Shown: positions 12,276 through 23,569 of the stretch, piece after piece | Layout of the letters: the number at the start of each line of letters is the position of its first letter | How positions within the stretch are numbered: the first letter of the stretch is position 1 | From: Picochlorum sp. SENEW3 | Lineage: Eukaryota | Reading direction: 5' to 3' | NCBI GenBank assembly: GCA_034226945.1 | Contig: CP120455.1 | Location: 930,001-994,000 of the forward strand | DNA: 64,000 bases | Made by a program: the position numbers and the translations under genes | The notes under the pieces: model-generated | What the model was told of the DNA's origin: nothing | Database searches by the model: none | Seen by the model: the letters and a program-made list of their open reading frames with translations, nothing else

Positions 12276-13286
12276 ATGCCAGTGTGGAAAGCTTGCCCGC
12301 AGCAAGGCGATGTTCCGATATCCCGCTCATCGCACACAATTGCATGCGTAAATAACAATGAAACATGTGTTGTGTTCGGTGGAGAGCATGTCCCACGAGA
12401 ACCGGTGAAAAACGACATCTATTTGTATGACATGTCCACAGGAGTTTGGAAAAAGATTGTCTCATCCACTGCGCCTTCTGAGCGGTTGGGGCACGCCGCT
12501 GTATCGACATCTTCAACGACAATGATTCTTCATGGGGGGAGATCTCAAGTTAACGAATCGTCAACCCTTGGTGACTTGTATTCATTTGATGTGCCTACAG
12601 GCTCATGGCACTTGAAACAGCCTACTGGAAAGGTTCCTGCCTCAAGGAATTACCACGCAAGCTGCACTACTGGAAATGATACGCTGTATATTTTTGGTGG
12701 ATGCGGTAACGATGGACGACTCGCAGATCTATGGCGATATGATGTTCGGTCAGGCATGTGGGATGAACTGTGTCCTTCAACAATGGCTGGCCGTGGAGGA
12801 GCTGGCCTCGTTGCTGTGAGCGATACAGAGTTGTACGTTGTGGGAGGATTCACTGGATCAGAGAGTGGAGATATATATCGATTCGATATCGCACAGAATC
12901 AGTGGGAGGCCCTGGAGATCAAACAGCCACCAGAGGACAAGGCACATGGCAGGAGTTTCACACCTAGAAGTGTCTTTGGAAAAGCAACTCACGCGTCTCC
13001 ATCATGCTGTGCACACAGCGGTCACGTGATAATCTTCGGTGGAGAGGTGGATCCTTCTGATCAAGGCCACGCAGGAGCAGGATTGTTTGACAATACAACA
13101 TTCTGCTTGGACACCAAGGCACGCGCCTGGGATGTGCTCACTGGTGATACAGCCGCAGGTCCATCTCCTCGAGGATGGGCAGCAAGCTGTGGCTGTGATC
13201 AAGGTATACTCGTTCACGGAGGCATTGATGCCACCAACACCCGCCTGGATGATTTCTTCATCCTGGACATGCATGCATCCAATTGA
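12276..13286 (+). CDS. Kelch beta-propeller protein (nitrile-specifier protein 5-like)
   Basis: Repeated GG-containing kelch blades; FGGEVDPSDQGHAGAG and PSPRGW motifs. Confidence 0.85.
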   Translation: MPVWKACPQQGDVPISRSSHTIACVNNNETCVVFGGEHVPREPVKNDIYLYDMSTGVWKKIVSSTAPSERLGHAAVSTSSTTMILHGGRSQVNESSTLGDLYSFDVPTGSWHLKQPTGKVPASRNYHASCTTGNDTLYIFGGCGNDGRLADLWRYDVRSGMWDELCPSTMAGRGGAGLVAVSDTELYVVGGFTGSESGDIYRFDIAQNQWEALEIKQPPEDKAHGRSFTPRSVFGKATHASPSCCAHSGHVIIFGGEVDPSDQGHAGAGLFDNTTFCLDTKARAWDVLTGDTAAGPSPRGWAASCGCDQGILVHGGIDATNTRLDDFFILDMHASN

Positions 13287-13435
13287 TCCAATTATGATGT
13301 CATCATCAGATGTGCAAAGGAATCTACCCACATGGCGGGTGTGTTGCAGAACCCATTCCGATATCCAATTTTCTACATAGAATTGGTGTAATTTTTAGAT
13401 TGATCCATGCTTTCCCGTCGATAACCAGAGCGGCC

Positions 13436-14740
13436 ATGTCGTCCTTCAAAAAAACATGGAATCGCAACCCTCTAGCGGAAAGTACCAGATACGAAGCGAT
13501 CAGCAGTCTAGGTGAAGGTACATATAGATATTGAATAAAGATTGAGTCTTTACATGGGATAATCGGAGTGGGTTTGATGCAGGAACATTCGGTGCGGTGT
13601 ATCATGCTCGAAACGTCGACACAGGTGGGTGGTTTACTGTTTCTCAAAATCAGCGTATGAATAATGCCATCATGGTGATGTTTTGTTTAGGTGAGGAGGT
13701 GGCTATCAAGTTGATTTCTCTAGGCGATCGGTTTTATCGCAAGTATGTTGAGCGAGAGATTTTAAACCATAGACAGCTGATGCACCCACACATTGTAGCA
13801 TTCAAAGAGGTATTTGTCACATCCAAGGTATGTACAATTCATTGTTTTATACATACATTCCCTTTGATTACTCTTGATCCTAATAATCATATACATGCAG
13901 CATTTGGCAATCGTTATGGAATATGTGGGTGGTGGGAATCTACAAACCTGGGTTGAAAAACACCGTTCATTGCCTGAATGGCAAGCACGCTGCTTTTTTC
14001 AGCAGCTCATACTAGCTCTTCATTACAGTCACAAATCTTTAGGGATTGCTCATAGGGATATTAAACTCGGAAACATTCTCCTCAATGATAAATACCAGGT
14101 CCCTATTTTAAAACTGTGTGACTTTGGGTATTCCAAGAATAGTTGGCAGGGGTCTCTTCCAAAGACTCGAGTAGGCACAGCAGCATATATATCTCCAGAA
14201 GTTGCGAGGGCGAATGTATCAACAGTTCAATACGATACGGAGAAGGCGGATGTATGGAGTTCGGCCGTCACCCTGTATTGCATGCTGGCTGGCAGGTACC
14301 CTTTCACAGACAATGGCAAGGTCCCTCAGCTGCACACCATCAAGGCACTCACAGATCAGCACGTCGACGAGGCGTTAACAGCTCTCTCGGAAGCATCTCC
14401 GGGGTGTAAAGAGTTATTGCGTGATATGCTTCGAATCCGCCCAGAGGAGCGAATCTCATTAGATGGCATCATGGCCAATCAATGGTATATGCAATACCTA
14501 CCAGACATCTCAAACATGGTGTCTCGATCCGCCTCCCATCTTCAATCAGACGAGGAAATACTTCGCGTGTTAGAAGACGCGGAGAAAAACTCAAAACACA
14601 TCTCAGATGCTGTCAAGGCGAACACAGAGTTTGATGATGAAGCAGCCATGCAAGTCGCTGATGAAATCTTGCAAGACTTGGATGATGAGGATGCAACAGA
14701 AACCAACATGCGCGACGATGACACGCTCATTCCAACTTGA
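13436..14740 (+). CDS. SnRK2-like Ser/Thr kinase; 3 introns
   Basis: Spliced GEGTFG loop, VAIK, HRDIKLGN, LKLCDFGYSK, PKTRVGT, acidic tail. Confidence 0.9.
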
Positions 14741-14778
14741 TAGACATAATAATATTACATAGTTAAAAAAAGTACGTA

Positions 14779-15235
14779 TTAATTGTTCTGAGAGTACTTG
14801 TGACCGCACGACGTGCACTCATAAAACACAGTCTGACCCTCATCAGCAGACCTCAACTGAAGAGTGTAAAATTCCATCCCATGATGACCACATTTGGGAC
14901 AATCCTCATCAACAGTCGCCCTTGTTCTACTCGCTAAAGCATTCTCTTCATCCAATCGCTCACTCGTTTTGACTAATGGTTCCAGATTGTATCGCCGTGT
15001 CACCTCCTCCATACTACTCTCTTGAGTCACTTGAACCCGATCAATCAAATCTACATGTGCAACCATTCATCCATGACTGTATTGAATTACTGCTATATAT
15101 ACATATATCTGACATACCTTTCAGTGCTATTCGATATCCAGAAGCTTCGCAGTATGCAATTTGTTTCGACGCATCCAACGTTAATGCATTCCCACTATAC
15201 GGACAGAACATCCATTCCTTCTCCAGTGGATCCAT
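14779..15235 (-). CDS. RPA12: RNA polymerase I subunit A12; intron 15051-15117
   Basis: CPKCGH..TLQLRSADEGQTVFYECTSCG TFIIS-type zinc ribbon. Confidence 0.93.
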
Positions 15236-15427
15236 TTTGTTATTATATTATTTCTATACACCACATACTATATGTATATTATATAGGTATGTTTGAGGAT
15301 TCGGGTCTCTCTGCGCATTCATGAATTCCATGATTATTTTTTTCCATGCCCTTTTATCATATATAAAAGTTCACTGCATTTCATTGCGATGAAAGAGATA
15401 CATCTCTCTGCATTGAATCAAGAATGC

Positions 15428-16018
15428 CTACGACATTGTCATTCGTTCCATAAACTCTGTATTCATAGCATAGCACTCCTCCTCCAGGCACCCAACAACC
15501 ACCTCCACACCAGCCCTTTTCAACCGTCCAATTCCACCCCCATCCACCAAAGGATTCGGATCTCCAACCCCAACAACCACGCGAGCCACCCCAGCATCTA
15601 TCAGAGCTTGACTACACGGTGGTGTTCTACCATAATGATCGCAAGGCTCGAGCGTCACGTATGCCGTCGCCCCTCGAGCCAACTGACCAGCAGCTCTCAA
15701 GGCATAGACTTCTGCGTGAGGCATCCCAGCCTTTGGATGATACCCTTCCCCCACAATAACGTGATCTTCTGAAGTATCAGAATGCTGAACTATAACGCAA
15801 CCCACCATTGGATTTGGATCTGTATGGCCCCGCCCTTTTGCTGCCAAATTCAATGCTCGACGCATCATGTCTCGGTCAAATGCGCTTCTACTAGTACCTT
15901 CATTTTGATCTATTGCATAGCAGGTGTATTTTCTAATACATATCAGTTGAGATTTGTTTGGTGTAGGGAAACTCGATGTCTGTTTCAGAACTCTCGTCGG
16001 AAGAGATCTGAAATTCAT
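15428..16018 (-). CDS. PYRD: Riboflavin biosynthesis pyrimidine deaminase (RibD deaminase domain only)
   Basis: PNPMVGCV, HAE, VTLEPCDHYGRTPPC motifs. Confidence 0.9.
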   Translation of the reverse strand: MNFRSLPTRVLKQTSSFPTPNKSQLICIRKYTCYAIDQNEGTSRSAFDRDMMRRALNLAAKGRGHTDPNPMVGCVIVQHSDTSEDHVIVGEGYHPKAGMPHAEVYALRAAGQLARGATAYVTLEPCDHYGRTPPCSQALIDAGVARVVVGVGDPNPLVDGGGIGRLKRAGVEVVVGCLEEECYAMNTEFMERMTMS

Positions 16019-16329
16019 TCGTCTTCAATCTCACCAACAAGGATCTCTTGTCTTGTCTTCTTATGGGGTATCCATGTATGTGAATTGTTTTTAAATACTA
16101 ATTATAATTAGTATGGCATGGCATGGTACTTTGAGAAGAAGAAGAAGCTCATCACACCTGGTGGGTGATTTGAGCATGCAAATATTTGCATCATTAATGA
16201 TGTCATTCTGACTCAGAAAAGGCTTTTGATGGGAGTGAGTTTTCATCCATCAATGCTGCAACACATATATCCGTACTTTTCTATCCAAGAAGCTGCATAA
16301 AGGCATCGAGCGAGTTTTTAATAATAATA

Positions 16330-16620
16330 ATGGTGAAGATGGCAGCTGTTGTCTCTCTGGGTACCTGTCAAGGTTTGATGAGCAGCTCTCGAGGCTGCTT
16401 CTGAACTTCAACACGTCCTTGTCTGACACACCTTTGCGCCTTAAGGCTCTTCTGAACTTTGGGTCACATGATTCGTATATCCCCTGTAGCTTTTCGGTCT
16501 AGGTGTAGCGGGTGTCTTTTGCATAGGCCATTAGATCTTGAAAGTCGGTTATAATTGGCTACTGTACAGCACGGCATCAATTTTATCTGTTTTCTTCCCT
16601 ACCGAATTGGTTTTCAAGAA
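16330..16620 (-). pseudogene. Degenerate tandem copy of the adjacent secreted orphan gene (limits approximate)
   Basis: Translates AYAKDTRYT*TEKLQGIYESCDPKFRRALRRKGVSDKDV versus AYMKDPEYTLKEKMKGVYNSCHSKFKIALRRKGVSDKDL in the neighbour; in-frame TAG. Confidence 0.75.
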
Positions 16621-16851
16621 AGAATAATCCTGAGATAACAATTCATTTGCCATGCTGCTGAATGAGGAAGCATTTCATGCCTGGGTATGTCTTACATCAC
16701 ATGCAGATATATATGTACAAGCAGTGCTATCACGAATGGCAACTGACTCATATCTCACCTTTCCATGATCACGTAGAAGATACATTGTTTTTTTTCTTCA
16801 TTTGCATTCATATATTTGGCTGGTAAGATTATCCCTGATGCACGTCAAGCC

Positions 16852-17429
16852 TTAGCCAAGGGGCTGCATGAGAGCACCGAGGGAATCCTCAATCACAGTG
16901 ACAAGCACCTCTGTTGTTTGTGGATATTGGTCAATGTCCCAGGAACAGGACAAGACGTTACGTTTAAGCTTGCTCAAGTCCTTGTCTGAAACACCTTTGC
17001 GCCTCAAAGCTATTTTGAACTTTGAGTGGCATGAGTTATACACTCCCTTCATCTTTTCTTTCAATGTGTACTCTGGGTCCTTCATATAGGCAAAGAGAGA
17101 TGGGAAGTCAATATCCGCCAGGAGACCAGCATCCAGTTCCGGAATAATTTTGGCGACGCAAGTATCACACCCCTTTTTACCTCCATTTTTGATACCTGTA
17201 TGATTGTAGCAGTGTCTCTTACGTACTGCAGGTAGGAATATGAGGACCCAACACGAATATACAACGCACCTTTGATGCAGTACTTGTTCACCTCCGATAC
17301 AATCAATCTTTCTTCCAAGTAGCGTGATTTAATAGGGCACTTGAAACGTGGCGGAACCTTTGCGTTCGTCGTTGAGAAGAAGAGGACACATAAGGACAGG
17401 GAGACCAGTAAAGCTGTTGTGGTTTTCAT
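16852..17429 (-). CDS. Secreted Cys-containing hypothetical protein (~177 aa); 44-nt intron 17226-17269
   Basis: Signal peptide MKTTTALLVSLSLCVLFFSTTNA; GTGCGT..CTGCAG intron joins the two ORFs in frame. Confidence 0.7.
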
Positions 17430-18153
17430 CGCGCGGGATCGTATCTGCTCGGCTTTGATGGGCAGAGGAAGAGGAAATCGGTGATAATATCCGAGTATAG
17501 AATTTTAAAAATAATTTAAGCCATCATGTGGGCCGATGATTGGGGAAATCGCCAATCAGCGATCCGATCTTACATCTGTAACATGACGTAACGTAATGTA
17601 ACGCAGGCGAGAATTCTCGCGAGTATGATTCGGTTTGTCTCCCTGATCGAGAATCCAAAGTAAGTATTGTTTTAAATTTGTCTACTACCAGCCAACAAAC
17701 CAATATGACGCATCGCCTTTGATCGTTGTAGGAAGACACGCGCAACCGGCCCTTCATGCCGCTTCATGTTGAGGTTGAACAGTACAAAGCAACTCAAGGA
17801 AACCCGATGCTGTAGTATTATAATTCGCGGGCAGTAGTATCTAATCTATCTTCCAAACTATAGATAGATACATAGATAAATGAAAAGACTGACGTTCATA
17901 TTCGAGAATATATGAATCAGTTTTGACTCCCGGCCCAACATGAGGAGGAGCAACAAGGAATCCCACTGGATGCATCAGTTGGATGCAGCTGCAGATCACT
18001 CGCTGAGTCAGCAGCCTCTCCAAGGAATCGCATAGGAGGAATCTTGTTGTACTTCCCATAGCGATGAGCATGCGCGAATATCAAAATTGTTTTTTCGGTA
18101 TTCACACAAAACTAAATCAAATAAAACGGTTGTAGTAGGCTGGACCCGCAACC

Positions 18154-19599
18154 ATGTTGCAACACCTCCTGCGTATTGCTCTACTGGGTTCTGCAGCCCT
18201 CAGCACAGCGTGGTGCGATGAGATGCCTGCTGATTCGTGCTCGAGGTATCTGACTCTGGATCCAAAAGCACGAGATGATAAGCAAATTCATATAGGAGGT
18301 GATGGCGTGTCTCCAGAGACATCGACCATCATGCGAGCATATGCATACTACTATCCACTCTATGCATCTTACAGGGCTCTGGTCGTCTCATCCTGGGTGC
18401 GGAGGGATTCCGTCGGGACTGTAATGAATTATGACGCACCTACGATTCGAAGTTCTGTTCCAAGGCAAAGTATGGCGGCTGTCTATTCGAGTGTCTTTCT
18501 GGATCAAGACAAGGGCCCATTCAGAGTGACGTATCCAATGGTGTCACCTAATGAAACATTCCTGTCAGTTTCCATTCTGGATCTATTCACAGAGCAACTG
18601 CTACCGACTATCAATAGTCAGTTCAATTCAACAGAACTTACAGGGAGTTTTGAGCTGTATGGAGGGAACAACAGCATGTCATTGGCATTAGAGTCGAATG
18701 CTACCAGGTTTACGTGCCAAACACAGTACTGCTGGATTGCCATGCGATTCTTTGTGTCCGACCGATCTCCTGAAGAGCTTGAAAAGATTAAGAGATGGCA
18801 GAATGAGATTCGAGTGGAAACTATACATGATGGGCAGTATGAAACGACACAAGTAACGATGCCCATGTTGGGGGAGGTGGGGCAGGCTGGAGAGTCCGTC
18901 GAGTCATTCTTTGACTTGGTGAATCGACTGGCGGAATCCAGCCCACCTCAACCAGAATTGCCAATCTTGCTCGACTCATTCAAGAGGTTAGGGATCGGTC
19001 CTGGTCTGAAATTCGATACATCTTCTTTGAGTCCAGACGTTCAGAAAGAAATTCAAAACATTCCTTCATGCTTTGAGGAGGTCATGCTAAACACAAACCT
19101 TGGAGTGCAGTCATCCTCAGGATGGAAATATGCCATAGATGCTGGGCAGTACGGAGAAAACTACCTGGAGCGGGCCTATATAGCCGTGAATGGTCTTGGA
19201 GCCACCATCCCTCGTGACATTATCTATGCCTCTCATGATGGACTGGATGCACAGTACGCATACAAGATGGATTTTACTGCAGACTCCATCCCAGAAACAT
19301 ATGCTTGGTCGATGCAAATTTACAACCAGGAGGGAAAGATTGAAAAGAATCCAGAGAATATATATGACATTAACAGTCGCTCAAGTGCATTGAATCGCAC
19401 CGAGGACGGATCTGTGACAATTTTATTCCAAAAGAATCAACCAGTTGATGCCTCTGCAGGTATAAATTGGATGCCAACATCTGGGTACCAGGATGGGGAG
19501 TCCTTTTTGCCCCTGATACGTTTCTACAGCCCAGGGGAATCCATTTTATCTCGTGAATATCAGATTCCAAAGATAACCAAGTACATAGCGAATGAATAA
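18154..19599 (+). CDS. Secreted DUF1254/DUF1214-family protein, intronless
   Basis: Signal peptide; AYAYYYPL, YSSVFLDQDKGP, GIGPG, GQYGENYLERAYIAVNGLGA, DGSVTILF, INWMPT..IRFYSP motifs. Confidence 0.8.
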   Translation: MLQHLLRIALLGSAALSTAWCDEMPADSCSRYLTLDPKARDDKQIHIGGDGVSPETSTIMRAYAYYYPLYASYRALVVSSWVRRDSVGTVMNYDAPTIRSSVPRQSMAAVYSSVFLDQDKGPFRVTYPMVSPNETFLSVSILDLFTEQLLPTINSQFNSTELTGSFELYGGNNSMSLALESNATRFTCQTQYCWIAMRFFVSDRSPEELEKIKRWQNEIRVETIHDGQYETTQVTMPMLGEVGQAGESVESFFDLVNRLAESSPPQPELPILLDSFKRLGIGPGLKFDTSSLSPDVQKEIQNIPSCFEEVMLNTNLGVQSSSGWKYAIDAGQYGENYLERAYIAVNGLGATIPRDIIYASHDGLDAQYAYKMDFTADSIPETYAWSMQIYNQEGKIEKNPENIYDINSRSSALNRTEDGSVTILFQKNQPVDASAGINWMPTSGYQDGESFLPLIRFYSPGESILSREYQIPKITKYIANE

Positions 19600-20065
19600 T
19601 AATACTCATGGATACATTCGACACTGATAACTGCTTTTTCAATCCTCTTTCGCTTCAAGAGATGCCAAGTTAATAGTGAATTAATTGATCTGTCTATATA
19701 TTGTGAATATTTGAGAAATGTCAATATTGAATGTAAGTTTCTCTGTTGTACATCATCATGGTGCTGTTTTGCGTATTAGAGAATCAGTAGGATTCTGACA
19801 GTTGCAGCAAGGTAGCTGCTTGCAACAGGCAATTGCAAATCTCGAGGTTTGTTCGAGTTTTAAACCAAATCTGGGGGGTCCGGACCATGGGGATCCCCAT
19901 GTACAACATGTGGCGCCCTCACAAGGCGGGGCAAATTGGCCTGATTTTGTCTAACAACCATCGCCCTCCTTTTCAAATAAATTTACTGCATTTGGATCAA
20001 TATTTTCATCTCAGGGAAAAAGAAGGCACAGTAGTCAGCGATTCAGAGAGATATTGTAGACACGA

Positions 20066-20776
20066 ATGCTCTTCTCAAGACAAAATCTCAGCACTCTCAG
20101 TACCACAGGGACTCATCAATCTCACCAGAGGATACAAAAATCACAAATAGTGAATATAGCGGGTGTGCGTGGGGAAAGAGCGAAAAGATTTATCGTGATG
20201 GCAGCGAATGGAAGCAAGGGTGATACAGCGACTTCAGTCCTGTTCTTGTGCTTGGGAAATATCTGTAGGTCTCCTACGGCGGAAGCTGTGTTCAGGAATA
20301 CAGTGGAAAAGAATGCAGCAGCATCTCGATATGTGATTGATTCGTGCGGGACCGGCGGTGGTGCCTCAGGGTGGTATAAACCAGGAGGGTTTGCATATCA
20401 TGAGGGAGATGCGGCGGATTCCAGAATGAGGCAGGCTGCGTCTGCTCGAGGGATTCGATTGACATCTCGATCCAGGCCTCTGAAGCCAGATGATTTAGAA
20501 GAGTTTGATATGATTGTGTGTATGGATGAGGAGAATGTCAGATCTGTGAGTACAGCTGTCTCCTATTGGAAAGAGAAGGGCATGGTTGGTGCAGAATATA
20601 GAGCAACTGTGACAAAAATGACTCAATTTCTGCGCGATCCAGCATGGAAACAGTACGATCATGTGCCGGATCCTTACTATGGAGGATCCAAAGGATTCGA
20701 ATTGGTTTTAGACTTGTTGGATGATGCATGCAAGGGCCTGTTTGAACACACAGAGTCATCAATGAACAATAAATGA
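20066..20776 (+). CDS. Low-molecular-weight protein tyrosine phosphatase
   Basis: VLFLCLGNICRSPTAE and VPDPYYGG. Confidence 0.95.
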   Translation: MLFSRQNLSTLSTTGTHQSHQRIQKSQIVNIAGVRGERAKRFIVMAANGSKGDTATSVLFLCLGNICRSPTAEAVFRNTVEKNAAASRYVIDSCGTGGGASGWYKPGGFAYHEGDAADSRMRQAASARGIRLTSRSRPLKPDDLEEFDMIVCMDEENVRSVSTAVSYWKEKGMVGAEYRATVTKMTQFLRDPAWKQYDHVPDPYYGGSKGFELVLDLLDDACKGLFEHTESSMNNK

Positions 20777-21667
20777 TGCAATGTAATTCACCTCGATGTG
20801 TTTGCTCAAATGCCATGTATCTGTAAACGGCTGATATGTCATTCCGGCCATCCAATCCAGGGAAGTAGAGTTGCTTGGAAAGAGGTGGACAACTTCCTCT
20901 GGGGTGACAAACTTGCTCCATTCATGCGTTCCTTCAGGGACAATCTTCAGCAGATGTTCAGCGCCTACAATTGCCATTAAATATGCGAGTGATGTCCTGT
21001 TCAATGTTGAGATGATTATTCTTCCACCTGGCTTTGTTGCTTTCACCAAGGAGGTACAAAAGTCTGGCAAAGCATCAACGTGTTCAATAACCTCGCTTGC
21101 AATCACGACATCGTATGAACCAGGGCCTTCTGCAGTCGACAACAATTCTTCGATGCTCTGATTTCTGTATTCTATCGCATCAACTATACTATCATCTAAT
21201 TTCTTGTGTTCCTCTGCTACATCAATCCCCTCTGCATGGACATCAATCCCAGTCACATGCACACCCATTCTTGCTAATGATTCAGATAGTATGCCACCGC
21301 CACACCCAACATCTAAAACACGTGCGGGCGACGGGTTCATGTTTGAGAAGACATCTTTGATAAACTCGCAACGAGCCTTGTTCAATGCATGCAATGGCTT
21401 GCATGGGCCAGATGGGTCCCACCAATGCTCTGATAGTTTTGCAAACTTGGCCACTTCCCGTGCATTTACAGAGGATTTACTGGTACTTGTTTCCTGTTGC
21501 TTTGCTGTGGTGTGAACATGTGAGGTCATCATGTGTGCAGAGCAGCTTCCTGGTTTTACATGCTTGAATGCCATAAGGCTCTCCTTCGACACTCTGCTCT
21601 CATGCTGAACAAGTTGGCGTTCCAACTCCTTCAATACTCTTCCCAGGGCTGTTCGCGATGCCCTCAT
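20759..21667 (-). CDS. COQ3: Ubiquinone biosynthesis O-methyltransferase, mitochondrial
   Basis: EVAKFAKLSEHWWD, LDVGCGGGILSE, EVIEHV, GTHEWSKF. Confidence 0.95.
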   Translation of the reverse strand: MRASRTALGRVLKELERQLVQHESRVSKESLMAFKHVKPGSCSAHMMTSHVHTTAKQQETSTSKSSVNAREVAKFAKLSEHWWDPSGPCKPLHALNKARCEFIKDVFSNMNPSPARVLDVGCGGGILSESLARMGVHVTGIDVHAEGIDVAEEHKKLDDSIVDAIEYRNQSIEELLSTAEGPGSYDVVIASEVIEHVDALPDFCTSLVKATKPGGRIIISTLNRTSLAYLMAIVGAEHLLKIVPEGTHEWSKFVTPEEVVHLFPSNSTSLDWMAGMTYQPFTDTWHLSKHIEVNYIASFIVH

Positions 21668-21977
21668 ATCTGGTACTCCTCTGCCTCCTCAAAGAAAAAG
21701 TGTGGCAGGTTTTCAAAAAACTGTGCTATCCTTCTGCCTGATGCAATAATCCACTGTCGTCGCAGGCATTGTATTTAAGGGAGAAATTGTGGTATAATTA
21801 TGAATGCGTAGGAGAGAGTGATGCGCGATTGGTATATTCTCCAGCAACAAGAAAAAGATTCTGACTAAATGTGTCAAAATTAGGATGTTCAGCATGCCAT
21901 GGCATTCAATTGCCTTGATTTACACTCCCATATAGCATTAAAAATCAGAAGAATATATTGTTCCTGGATTTAGTACT

Positions 21978-23540
21978 ATGGGACGATCGCGTTCTCGCTC
22001 CAGGAGTCGAGAGAGAAGATATAATCCAGATGGTGGTCGATATGGACGTTCGAGGGATCGGTACGCATTATTTCTCTGCTTTGATGTGTTTGAGAATATT
22101 TCAAATATATAACATTAGCTGTGGATGAGCTTCTGCGGCGTATGTCGTCAGATTCGGGTCTTTCAGTTGAATTGAATGCATCTTTGATAAGATTCACAAA
22201 GTCAATGTTGCTGTTTTGTGTGCTTCAGATATGATGATGGTCGCTCGGATGAATTAGTGATGCAAGTACAGAAACAGCAGCAGGCGGCTCGTTTAGAGTC
22301 CTGGCAGAACCCACATGGCATGCCAAATTGGACACAGACAAGTGGTAGTCTGAATCCCAATGTTGGGAATGTCGCCGGGATTCTGGAGACTCCGGCGCAG
22401 CAGCAGGAGCGAAAGCAGAGGGAAATATATGTAGGAAATTTAGCAGTGGGAGTGGTGACGCAGGAGGTGGTGGAGGAGTTTTTCAACCAAGCGTTATCGC
22501 ACTTGGTTGCAGATCCAATTTTGACACCTCCTGTTGTGAGTGTGAAAATGGAAGGCTCTGGAAGGTTTGCTTTCGTGGAACTTCGTACGAGAGACATTTC
22601 GGATCAAGCCATGTTAATGGATAAGATTGTGGAGATTTATGGGAGGTATATCAATGTTGGAAGGCCTAAAGGGTATATTGAGAATTATGTGCCACCTGTT
22701 GATGTGGAGGATAGTGGGCCCAAGATTCCAACAGAGATCAAGCCGGCAGAGCCGACGGAATACTTGCTGTTGTCAAATATTTTACCGGCAAAAGAATTAA
22801 AAAGTGAGGAGATGAGGGATAACCTGGTTTCTGCTGTAAAAGATGAAGCGAGTGAGCATGGCAAGGTTGATTCAGTTGCTGTGCCTCCACCTCCTGAATC
22901 ATGGGGTGATAGAGGTCCTGGAAGGGCGTATATCAAATATAAGAGTAAAAAGGATGCTATTGAGGGGCATCGTGTCTTCCACACAAGGACGCTGAATGAT
23001 AGCAGTATTTATGCTCGATATGTATCAGAGAATGAGTTTGAGCAAGCTGCTCAGGGAACATGGGTTGATAGAACAAAGCCGGACAATGGCCTAGATCTTC
23101 CAGGATTATATACAACAGCTCGATATGCATCTGGGGTGTCTGGTCTAGCAGTAATTTCTCCAACTCTTGCCCCTTTGATGCAAGGTTTGCCAGCTGCAAA
23201 AGAAGTATTAGCATCTGTTATTTTAGACGAAGAAGTGCCATTTGAAGAGGGGTGGATCAAGATCCGAGGATTTGCGCAAAATATATCAAAGGATGATATT
23301 GCAGCGATCTTTAAGGATGCAGGCACTGTGAGCCACGATGATATCAAACTTGTTCATAGCGCAGATGGGACAAATTTAGGAGAGGCATATATACACATTC
23401 ATGGGCCGGATGCAAAGTTGCGATTGGCTCTGGCGAAAGATGGAAGACGAATTGCAGAACATAAAATTACACTAGAAGTATTCACAGCATTTGAGGCAGA
23501 CGTTGAGAGGCGTATATTCTCAGGCTGTCAAATGCGTTGA
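21978..23540 (+). CDS. U2AF65-like RS/RRM splicing factor with an extra C-terminal RRM; intron 22061-22228
   Basis: Exon 1 MGRSRSRSRSRERRY; REIYVGNL, FAFVELRT, VGRPKGY and a UHM-like domain. Confidence 0.85.
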
Positions 23541-23569
23541 CATTTTTTTACTGTTTGTCAATCATTAAC

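Noticed and set aside
16499..16501. In-frame stop as possible recoding
   Set aside because: It is TAG rather than TGA and lies in an otherwise decayed copy, so a pseudogene is the simpler explanation
17524..18105. Short minus-strand ORFs between the orphan and DUF1254 genes
   Set aside because: No recognisable motifs or convincing splice structure; probably divergent promoter sequence
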